Source of the DNA: Priapulus caudatus
Lineage: Eukaryota
Assembly (NCBI RefSeq): GCF_000485595.1
Contig: NW_014577062.1
Coordinates: 1,704,359 to 1,751,859, forward strand
Reading direction: 5' to 3'
Length of the DNA stretch: 47,501 bases
Under the pieces are notes generated by a model. That model did not search any database and had not been told where the DNA came from. It saw nothing but the letters and a program-made list of their open reading frames with translations. The first letter of the stretch is position 1. Each line of letters starts with the position of its first letter. This document shows positions 8,961 to 20,422 of this stretch, in pieces. Made by a program: the position numbers and the translations under genes.

Positions 8961-11900
8961 GATGGTTGAGATGCGGCAGTCGGGCTATGTGACAAGTTTA
9001 CCTGACAGTTCTAAACAGACGACCGTTGCCCCTCTGTAGCAGATGACGGGGCATAGCGAGGGGCTCCTCTTTGCTTCCCCCCCTCCCCGTTAAAGCCACC
9101 CGACGCTAGGCTGTGAAAGTTTGGACTCTCGTGCGCGAGCTTCGAATCTACTCAGTGTATGTCCGGTCAGTCGACGCAGAGCAACGTTTACACTGCGCCG
9201 CTAGATTCACCCCCACCCGCTATTGCCGCACCCGTCCGTAGATAGTAGTACTATGCATAGTGAGTAATCGTACTGAAACTGCTGCACCGCGTGACAAAGT
9301 CATGAGGCGGCATCGCGCTCAGGGGCGCGGTCACTAAAAGTAGACTAACAAATAAATATACGTTGCATCGGCTCTTGATTCAGCGATGTATATATATATA
9401 TAATATGAATATATAGAAGTATTAATATCCGCTAACTTTACGCCTGGCATTCGGCTTGGACTGATGTATCGTGCATGTCACAAATGATTATATTTTGAGA
9501 TATTTTCATCTTAAGAATTACTTATAGTATTTAAATATTTTTTCCGTGTAAAAATCCAAATATCTTCTTGCATGACCACACACCTACTCAGAGTCAAAAA
9601 GAATGTTGGAATCGGAATTGGATGCTAGTGACTTAGTGATATTGTAAGATATCAATCACTGAGAACTTTATATTGGTATTCTTGTAACTAGTGAAAACTG
9701 GATCTGACTCTAAATAACAGCACCTGGGGTGGGTTGGCGGGTGGGTGTGGTTGGGGTGAGGTGGGGGATATCATTCTAGTTGAACAACTAAACAGACTGT
9801 TTAGTGCAATTATAAAGTAGAGTTTAATAATTGCTATTCAATCTACTAGCAAATGCTACGTCAAATGCCTCTTCGTTTACTACCTAATTATGTGTGTGTT
9901 GGAAGCCAAGACTACTTTAGTATTTTTAGTTAGACGACTTATTATTTATCTTGCTAAATGGAGGAGGTTATTCGATAGCCAATATCAAGATAAGTAACAT
10001 GAAGTCATATAATAATAATGGTAAATAAATATAATTATGAAATAAATAAATAAATATATATATATACATATATGTGCGTGCGTGCGTGCGTGCGTGCGTG
10101 CGTGAGTGTGTATGTGTATGTGCGTGTGTGTGTCTGAAATTTACATAAACTGTAGTAACGGAAGAGCATATATCCACACACGCGCGCGCTCACGTATGCA
10201 CGGAAGATCGTAGGTACATGCACACACACACACACACACGCACACACGCATGCACGCACACACACACAACACATATATATATATATTTATATATGACTAC
10301 TTTCATGATCCTTGAAATAGTTTATTTCTATTCATCTCTTTCCACATGCTGCGATATACTATGTAGGTGTGTTATGTGTGTGGTCATAAAGCTGCCAGTG
10401 CCAGGCAATTTCTTACGTCTTCCTGTAATTTTCCTTCTAGCCCCCCAGCTATGACAAAATGGCCGTAAATGTGGATTGTCTCGTAGTTATCAGTGCTAAT
10501 TAGACCAATATCTGTCACCGGCTTTCATCGTTTCTGTATGATGTTGGCGAAATTTAAATAGCGCACCTTATTCGCGTTGGTTTACTGTGAACGATAGTGT
10601 TACGTAAACACCTGTGCGTGTGCCCTTAACCACAGGGACACACACTCACATAGGCAAACAGACAAGGGAAGGCATAACGCGCGCACACGGACGGACGCAC
10701 ACACTTATGTAAATGCGCACGTGCACGCACATTCGCGCGCACGCGCGCTCGCACACGGGTACACGTAACACAGATGGCCTTCATTGCGCGAGTGAGAGAT
10801 GGCGGGTTTGTGGGCGATCCGGCACCCGGGGACATTCTCTGTTCTTAATTAGCCGTTTAGTTTCTTAATTGGCAGCACAAGTGATTAATTATATTTAGCC
10901 GTAATTAACAGAGTCGCGGTCACGAGAACCAGTTCCTTGAAGAGCGCTGTCGGGCCGAGATTTTTCTCATCGCGGTATACCGGTATATCTATAGATTCAT
11001 GTATAGTATCTACTTCTGATAGTATTCATCCACATAGACGACTATCACGACCTAGGGAGACATGTCCGTGCGCTCGTGCCTGACTAGGATCTGCTGGTTT
11101 GCCGGAGTTTTTGCTGACTGAAGACCGGTAACTTCTGAGGCGCTGCCGGTGAGGCCGAGTACACGCACTTGTGCATGCACGTACGCACACAGACACGCGC
11201 GCACACACACACATGCACATACACACGCACGCACTCATACACGCACGTACGTACGCACACGGACACGCACGTACGCGCGCGCGCGCGCGCACACACACAC
11301 GCACGCACACACACGCGCGCGCGCGCGCACACAAGTGTTGCGTGAAAGTGAGACAGATATTACTGCTATCGTATCTTTACTGCTTGTTGCATATAACAAC
11401 TCGAGCAGCAGCCGATCAGAAGACATTGCTCTTGTTGCTAGCAGCTACTCGTTGCTATACAACACGCCTTAGTACGTATGTTTTGTAATTGACGAGACCA
11501 GCTGGACGGAGCTTTTCTTAGGAAATATAAAATGTTTCCATAGCGGGAATTATCAGCTAGCATTAATCGCACTATTTTTGGACAATCCTCGGCTCGATCA
11601 TTTGAACCTACGCACCCACGCCAAATGATCATTCCCACAGATTCCCCTGCTTCTTTATATTGCTCCAGAGTTGAAACACCCTACAAGAATGGGCCTGAAT
11701 GGCGTATTGTCACCCGCTTCTATTAATCCGATGTCTGCCATGCTTCGACAGATTTTATACCACGCCTTTCGCCATGTTCTTTACCTAATTGGAGCTTGTA
11801 AAGCATATCAGTCATGCTTTATCACAGAATTGACTAGTTTTCTCGTGCCCTCGGACGTGGCAAGCAACAGGAAAGACACGTCGCTTAATCACGTTCAGGG

Positions 11901-14416
11901 CCAAACGTGGGTGTTCTATTTTAAAGCGCTGGTCTCCTCGCGTAAATTGATGCTAATGGTTGGCATTGTTAAGACCTCGCTTTCAGTAACGAGGACGTAA
12001 ATTGTACGGGTACAACGTTGTAATGAACTTGTATAAGATCTGTCCGTGTGTGTTATTGAATTGCTTGTCGCTCAGTCATGCGTTGCTACGGCAACGCGTA
12101 GTAATGTTCGGGTGAGCCAACGCGTGCATATGCGTGCGAGTAAAGTAGCTCATACGAACGTATCTATCATTAATGCAGGCGGTCGAAGTCAAATACTCCC
12201 TGATTTTACATAACCACGAGTCCTTGGGAATCCTTCAAGTTTTATTATTGTTTTCAATTATTGATTGCACAATAGAAAATCCCAAAACAGGGGCTTTCAG
12301 TGCATTGAATTCATATGCTACGGCTGAACTTCTAACAGCAGCAGACTGATTCATTTCGCTGCCGACCCACACTGATTGAGTTAATTCCCACGCCTGTTAA
12401 TTATGTTTAAAATTGCATGATAAACGTTTCGTAGATATGTTATTTCGTTTAAGCTTATGGCCCTGAACGTCACGATTATATGCATTTAAATAGCACAAAT
12501 TTCGACAGGATATGGAAAGGTCTGGTATGTCTAAAAGTTATTATTTCACTATCCTAATTTTTGTCGTTAATAGTTCTGCGAGACAAAATTCTGAAGCTAA
12601 CATCTCCTGGGTTGTGGGAATTTGCGGGGACTGAGTAGAGGAGAAACATACCCACCTCTCTCTCAATGCTAGCACATTCTTTGCTGTCTCCGCGTAGAAA
12701 TGCCACAAGGCCGGTCCCGTGACGTGCCAACGTTGCGCGCAAGTTTAAAAACCACTTAGCAGCGCCATAAAAATTAGTCCCGTGTACTAATGGGACTGTT
12801 AATCACCTGCGCAGTGCAATTAGTGCGCACGGGTTATTGATGGACCATCATACTGCTATCGGTGCCACTAATTACCCCTGCAGCCCCAGTCAGTCGCCAC
12901 GGGTTTCGAACTGGACAACTCGCCGTCGTTAAGAAGCGTTGCGCGGAGCGGTCCTGTTAGACGGTGCCCCGAAGATCAAAAAGCCATTTACGGAGACGAT
13001 CTGCCTGCACAACTGGCTCTCGAGTGCATTCACAAAAAAATTTGTACACGGGGCGATTTAAGTGTGGGGGAGGGGGGAGAACTGTTGCCTGATGAATGAA
13101 GTGGACCTTATTGCCTTCGTGTCTGTTGTTACGGCTACGGTACACTTATGTGGTTCTATTAATTAGTGCCGTTGCTCAGGGCAGTGTGTCCCTGGGTGAG
13201 CATTTGCTGTTTGTAGATTTATGCGCTGTGGCCGTTATTCTGTGTCTTCAACACTCATGTTCATGAGTTATATCTTTCTGCATTGGATGTCCTCGGCTGC
13301 GTGCTTGCTGTGTGTTCCTCAGTGTTGCCTGGCGGTTAGTCTGTCTTCCTTTAAATGGACTAGCACTCGCATTTATGTGTCCGGGGGCACTCTTAGTTTG
13401 AGCTAGAAATCCTCCCAGTGATAATTTGCAGGGCTTTCTTGGGACCTTTCAACCTAGATCTAGTTGCAGGCTTCACACATGTGAACTGTGAAGTAATAGT
13501 TTTTGCATGTATACGGCAGCAGCAATATTGCAGTTGTGAAGCCAATAGTAATCCTTTTATCTCTTGGTTTTCTCTCTGTAATTATGTTCTCTCAATATGT
13601 AGCCGTGTGAGTTATCAAATCAGCTTGTATTCAGCGTAAAATCCTAGATGGACGTGAGGTCGGACGGTCTTGTTTTTAATTTTGTTGTTTTTGATGTTGT
13701 TATATTCATTGTTGTGGCATTCCAGTTTTGAAATACTGACAGATCCAGCAAAGGGCAGAATATGCAATTCTGCCTGATTGTTCATTGTAATGCAATCATA
13801 CCCCGTTTTATGAGTATTCGAGTTATGTTAATTAACCCATACTTAATTTATATAATTATTATGACCACTTGACTCACGATACGAAACGTAAATTTGCTCT
13901 CATGTAGTTTTCATAAATAAATGGATAAAAAAAATTTACTCGCTTTAATTAAATAAGCAATATACATGTTTGGCAGTGTATTTGCTGTAAGGACAACCTG
14001 TAGTTACATATTAACTATGTAATACATATGCTCATCATTGTTTACTGACATTTATACGTGCTTGTATTAGAGTGAGGATCTGGGAATTACCTACATCTTC
14101 TGGCTAAAAAACTTTCGTAGAAACGCATCTCTAATCATATCATGGAGGTCAATGGGGCAACGTGATTCACATTACGAAATGTCTCGTTACAAACGTTTCT
14201 TCTGGAAAGCATTATTTTTGCTAAGTGGAGTAACACTGCTCAGGACTAGTAGATCATTTACACCACCTAATGTGAGAGGCATATCACGCTAATGCACCTA
14301 TAAATGTCTGTTTCCAAATATACTTGCTTGTATAATGATAATAATCACTCTGCTACTTGTTAAATGTGTGCTTGTGTTCGGATTCACATTCTCAGTTTGC
14401 TCATGTCTGCTTTCAG

Positions 14417-14500
14417 GTATATCCGTGCTGAGCACTATGTCTATGAATACACACACCCAGATAGCAAGGAGGCCCAGGCGGGCAACTGGTATAAGAGAAG
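14417..14500 (+). CDS. LMF1: LMF1 exon (RYIRAEHYVYEYTHPDSKEAQAGNWYKR)
   Basis: TTTCAG acceptor ending 14416, GTAACT donor at 14501; 84 nt, phase 2/2; corresponds to the LMF1 segment R-W-V-R-x-E-H-Y-x-Y...G-x-W-W-x-R. Confidence 0.9.
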
Positions 14501-14753
14501 GTAACTAACGTGTTGCTGTCTATGTATAGTTTTTGCATATATTTACATGCAAAATGTCAGTGAAAGATCACTCTGTCTTGTTATCACCAGTAATTAACTC
14601 GTGATGGCCACACATTCGCCGTGAACTCCATATATATTTCCAAGATTCGTCGTCTCCTGCCATCCCAGCGCAGGTTGTAGCTGTTAGTTATTGTATTGTT
14701 TATTTCTGTATTATTAAGTTCATTGAAAAGTTTATCGCAATCGTCTTCTTCAG

Positions 14754-15543
14754 TTACCGCTCCACGTACATGCCACCCGTGGACCTGGAAAAGCTCGCCC
14801 CCGGGCTGAGGCACCTCGGCTGGCCTGTGCCGGATACTCCAGAGAAGTATATCAACAAAGGTGCTGACAGTGCGACACCGGAACAGCAAGCTAGAGAGGC
14901 AGCAGGAGGTAAAATACCAAATAAGGCAACTAAACAAACATCAGGGGGTCCAAATCCGAGTAAGGAAGCTAAACAAGCGGCAGAGAGTCAAAAATTAAAG
15001 GAACAAGCTAAACAAGCGGCAGAAAGTCTAAAATTAAAGGAACAAGCTAAACAAGAGGCAGAGAGTCAAAAACTGAAGGAACAAGCTAAACAAGCGGCAG
15101 ACAGTCAAAAACTGAAGGAACAAGCTAAACAAGCGGCAGACAGTCAAAAACTGAAGGAACAAGCTAAACAAGTGGCAGACAGTCAAAAACTGAAGGAACA
15201 AGCTAAACAAGCGGCAGAGAGTCAAAAACTAAAGGAACAAGCTAAACAAGCGACAGAGAGTCAAAAACTAAAGGAACAAGTTAAACAAGCGGCAGAGAGT
15301 CAAAAACTAAAGGAACAAGCTAAACAAGCGGCAGACAGTCAAAAACTAAAGGAACAAGCTAAACAAGCGGCAGAGAGTCAAAAACTGAAGGAGCAAGCTA
15401 AACAAGCGGCAGACAGTCAAAAACTGAAGGAACAAGCTAAACAAGCGGCAGAGAGTCAAAAACTGAAGGAGCAAGCTAAACAAGAGGCAGAGAGTCTAAA
15501 GCTGAAGGAACAAGCTAAACAAGCGGCAGAGAGTCAAAAATGA
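14754..15543 (+). CDS. LMF1: LMF1 terminal coding exon (SYRSTYMPPVDLEKLAPGLRHLGWP...) with long 13-aa-repeat C-terminal extension
   Basis: CTTCTTCAG acceptor ending 14753; the phase-2 join puts it in frame with the 14770-15543 ORF. YMPPVDLEKLxxxLRHLGWP aligns with the known LMF1 C-terminus (YFPPLSLEELRPYFRDRGWP). TGA at 15541-15543. Confidence 0.87.
14959..15543 (+). repeat. Coding minisatellite, 39-bp unit (KEQAKQAAESQKL) x15
   Basis: Unit AAGGAACAAGCTAAACAAGCGGCAGAGAGTCAAAAACTG read directly; 15 units counted in the translation, none with an indel. Confidence 0.95.
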
Positions 15544-18500
15544 AAGGAACAAATGAAACAAGCGGCAGACAGTCAAAAGGTGACGGAGCAAACTAAACAG
15601 ACAAAAGATGGTCAAAAATCCAAATGAACGAGTTAAACAGACTGCAGATGTCAAAAAGACAGCGAACAAGATAAACAGATATTAGTCAATCTTAAACGCC
15701 AGGGGCCAAGGAATTGGGGCAGTAGACAGGTTAAGTCCAGATCAACAGATAACAGGAAAGCCATATCAGCAACACCACGGAAGCTAAATACGCAGACAGC
15801 AAACATGTAGAATCGAGTCTTACTGTAGGTTTACTCTCGGTCCTATGACATCCCGAATGCTAGGTCCATAGCTGGCGAGAGAACATGGTGCGGTGACAGC
15901 CAAGCAAAGCGAAGAAAAACTTCGAGAACCTGTCTTACAAATGCATAAATTCCTAGCATAAAATGCCAAGTTACTTATGTGTGCTTCGCATTTTATCGAT
16001 GCTTTCGATAGAATTTATTATATGCTTTTAATTATTACTCAAAAATGGTATGCTCACTGTACATGAATTCATCATGAAAACTCACTCTCCTTTCTGTGCA
16101 CGCGTCTATGTAAATTCAAGTCCAAAATAATTTATATTGTACGATATTTTTGAAATGAAGAAAATGTTTCTTGAAAAGAATCGAAGTAGCCTTAGAAACA
16201 TGTTCGTTTATTTGTAACCCATTCTACTTTCAGGCACAACTGCCTAACTGTCAAATCAGCAAATTGCCTCGTTATAGCTACGGTTCTGCAGTTGGAGGGT
16301 CACGGCCCAGCTTGATTTTTTGTACAAATAGTAAGAAACATGAGTCTACATACGCCTTATTTGAACTAATTGCAGGGAAGGAATTCGTTAGTCGTAGTAT
16401 CTCTAACCTCCGAACGTGATATTTATTCGTTGAAGTCTAGGAATATGCTGTGTTGTTCACAGGTCGGCTTGCTAGCAGGCAGTTATGGCCGCCGTTTGCG
16501 TACTTGACACCTCCGCTAACCTGATGTTGTTCAGAGGAAAAGACACCTCAGACATGTGTCATGCTCGAGCTGTTTATCGGGCCGCCTGCGACAAACACTG
16601 CTGCCTCCCATAAACACCGTGCGAGAGTCGTTGACTTTATTCGCTATGAAATCTCGCTATGAATCTCGCAATCACGCTGTGGCTGGCTACGCAGGGAATG
16701 AAACTGAGCGTGTTCATGTAGTTGGTTCACTCATAAATGAACGTAAATACGGTTCGCAACCGCTTCAGTCTGTAGTCAGCTCGTGAGGTAGTGTAACTCC
16801 ACTCACTTATAGTGTTTTCAGATTTAACTGTAGTCTGGCCATAGCGAGTGGATGGAATCTCATGAGTTGATGTGTGCCTCAGCTATGTGTTTATTATGAC
16901 GTGCATAATTTATGACGCGGTGGGTGGCATTTGCGCTGCGCGCATTCTTCATCGATGGCATGACGTTATTATGTGCGATCTTGGGGCCTTTTGCCAGTTA
17001 CCATTACCCGTCTAACGGTAAAGTGACCCCCTGCCGCGCCCTGGATAGCGGCCACCCCGGATACACGCCACCGTCATAGCGCCGACCGGCAGTCTGTTTG
17101 TATATGCAGACGGACAGCCGTAGCCAGTTAAATCGTAGCGAATGTTCACGTGACATGTGTGGAGACTACGGGAGGTGATCCTCGCGCGTGCGAACAGGGC
17201 GCGCCAGCGACCGCGTTCGCTAGCGTTGCTTAGCGATGGCAGTTGCTGTGATGGATGCTCTGCGTTTACGCAAGTCCCCGCTGTCAAATTGGGAATAGGT
17301 CCTATGCTGATTGGCAATGAATCAACGTTAGTTTGCGGGTTGCTTTGGTGATAGGGGGGACTTGTTAGTGTGCTGTCAGATTTTATTCGCATTTGTAAGC
17401 GATGGGAGCGCAGTCGGAATGGGGATTCCACATGTAACGAGCGAATTATCTCTCGTTCAGAGCGCGTCAAACGTGAAAAGCCGACTGAGCGGACTCGCTA
17501 GAAACGCCGGTCACGTGTCAAGAAGCAGCGGCTCATTGTTGCCGCTAGATCGCGCTGCTGCTGCTATCAGTTGTCGGGTCGCATTCTATTTATGCTATTA
17601 CACGTAAACGCTGGGCGTGATTGTTCACTCAAGTGGGCAACGAAATCCCGCCCGTCTTCTGGTGCGGAGATGAAAGCACGCCGACTATCCCTCTCCTACT
17701 CTTTTTCTTTCTCCCTCCCTATCTCTCTTTCTCGATGCTACGCAAGATAAGCCTCTTGTTGGTTGCTGTTATACTGCGTAACTCTTTCCATTCGACAGTT
17801 ATTGGAATGGCATTCATACGCGGCTCCGGCTCCTTTGTTGGTGTTTCTACGTTAGTAGTCACCAAGAAACAAACTTGCCGTGTTGTGTCTGCGCGACGCG
17901 TGAGAAGTTTATGTCCAAGGTCGATTGAGACGCGAGTTACGATCTGTATTGCAAAGCTGTAGCGGAGGGATGGATGTCTAGTGGTTGATTGTTACGACTG
18001 TGTTACCCTAGGTCGCTATTTGTGAATAGTCTTAATTCTCTGTCCAATCGTGATGCTAATTCGAAATATTCGTTGAAATATTTGTTTTTGTGACATGCAA
18101 ATGAAAGTCTGCTAGCCGAAGATCTAGGCTGTCGATGTTGAACTGTACTTGCCGTTGTCTTTTTGAGAAAACTAACAGCAAAGCTATGGTGAAAGTTTAC
18201 GTGTATAAGCGTTGATATATACCCTTAGTATCACAACGAGCGAAGATGTTCAGGTTACGGTTAAGGTTAAGTTAGGTTGACTAGGTGATAGATTTGAATA
18301 TTTTTGATACACATTATTAATTTCTAACATTTCTATTAAGTCTAACAATGTCGGCACGGTGAATGTATATTTAACATTTTTACAACGTCTTTACCTGTGT
18401 TGGATTTGTTACGTTTATATAATAAATGACGGGTGCACCTGATTTGCATTGATCTTTGAATATTCGTGTGACTTTCGCGTACGTGAATGCACCTGCATGC

Positions 18501-18859
18501 GCAACGTTAGTGTTAGTATTATCAAGTGTTAATAATACATTATAAATAAAATAAGCTAATAAGCTAATAATACATGTAGTATTAGCTGTTGGTATTATGG
18601 TAGTTAAGCATGCGATCGGTCGTTGCTTTAGTGGCTCGGTAATACTCTTAGCTCAAAACACCACTGAGGGACCATTTCGTGGAGTCTGCGGGTTAGTGGT
18701 GTGAGTGGCGTGACGTAGAGATGATGTAACAGGTCACATACTCGTGTCGGACTGTCGCGTCGCAGGGCAGCGTCTCGCGTCGCGAAGCGCGGTCATATCT
18801 TTACTCTATAATAACATTGATAAGTGTCCGGAATTGCGTCTGTATATGACGGTCAGACT

Positions 18860-19060
18860 TCACGCCGCGTCAGACCTCGCGTCCGTCACGCCGACCTGCG
18901 TCATCCGACGACGCGCCGCCGCCGTCTGACGTCGACCTCCGTCAGCCGACGCCGGGTCAGAACTCACGTCAGTCACGCCGACCTGCGTCAGCCGACGACG
19001 CGTCTGAACTCGCGTCAGTCACGCCGAGCTGCCTACGCCAGCCGACGATGACGCCGCAGC
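18860..19060. repeat. CpG-rich ~45-50-bp imperfect tandem repeat
   Basis: Recurring CTCGCGTCAGTCACGCCGACCTGCGTCAGCCGACGACGCG-like blocks, about 4 copies. Confidence 0.65.
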
Positions 19061-20422
19061 CGCCGCCTAGCAGCCAGCGTGCGTTTCGCTTCCGAACGGC
19101 AGCTTTTTGTTTACGCTGAAAAAAAAACGTTGTTAGCTTTTTGCGCCCTCGTCTTTTCTTGCGGTGTAACTCATTAGTCGGCCGACTAGAGTCATCGCTG
19201 GCGGGCATGCGCCTTCGTCGGCTGGTCGCCCCGGCTACCTGCACCTACGCGCCTCGCTGGGTCGCGCTGTGCGAACCAGCGGCGACAGTCTATATGTCTC
19301 AGGCGATGTCTAGATCTGCTGGCATTATTTTCTCGTACGCCGACCGAGGCAAATGAAAGAAACCGCTGCTGAGATCGCATCACGCGGTCTAATTGAGAAC
19401 AATGCGAGCAGAATTTTTGCGCGAGGGCCTTTCTGGTGGCGAGCGAGTTAGATGCCGACGCCACCTGTTCTCCCGCGACGACGGGCGCGCGGGAGAAACC
19501 AACGTCCGGGAGAGGGAAACATCTATTTGCTCGGCAGAACAAGCCGTGTGTAGTGCGAGCCTTGGACTCGTCAGAATACTCTACAGTTTTTAAATCAATC
19601 ACAATTTTTACATGTATGAGACACATTTTTCCCACGTTTTCGGTTATCGCGCAGATACGTCGCGAATGTCACGTGATCTCCGCGCGCGTCGTCACGTGAA
19701 TTTCCTACATTCTTCGTCGGCGTTTCAATGCAACCGCAGACCGCGCGCCGCCCCGCCTGCCAGCGTGCGTCGGTCAGGCGGCAATGCATGAGTTTAGTTT
19801 CTCTCGTTGTTCCCACCCGCCCGTCCCCGCCTGCGCATGCGCACACACCGCCGTGATCTTGCATGACGTCAAAGAAGATTCGACCAAAAGCTAAAACCAA
19901 GGCATTGACTGTGAAAACCCTTCGACGTGAATGAATCTGTCGCGTGCCCTATTCCATGTATAACGTAAGTACGCGATAATAAACGTGATACACTTACCGT
20001 TGCTTTAACACCCTTCATATGTCGTACAGGAACCATTTAAAGGCCTGCATGTGTCATGCAGGAACTATTTTAACGTTCTGCATATGTCACGCAAGAACTA
20101 TTTCTATTGCCCCCCCCCCCATTCCACACACACACATTCACTTACATTCTTCCGATCCCAGCGCTGTCAGCGAAATATTGGCCTTCAAAATAGAGTTGAA
20201 TTGTAGGTCACGACTCGAACAGATACGCGTTTAGTCGCTGCCCGACTCTTTGCCGGTATGTCGGCGCGACTTGATGTTCTAATCCATCCGTAATCGCATT
20301 AACCCTTTCGTCACTGAATGCCAGTGCACACGTCGTCATCAATTACCGCGTACGCCAGTAAAGCCGACGACAGGCTATACTAGCTCAGCCTAGCTTATTG
20401 CCACAGTCTGACGATGGCAAGG

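Noticed and set aside
11438..12000. Faint Tc1 transposase-like words (MIIWRGC) and a 109-aa ORF
   Set aside because: Resemblance too weak; no DDE motif or TIRs seen.
14770..15543. Stand-alone TolA-like or LEA-like gene starting at ATG 14770
   Set aside because: An acceptor at 14753 joins it in frame to LMF1 and its first residues match the LMF1 C-terminus, so the ATG is internal.
16784..16806. TGAGGTAGT let-7-like start
   Set aside because: Only the first 9 nt match; the remainder differs from let-7 and I see no convincing precursor hairpin.
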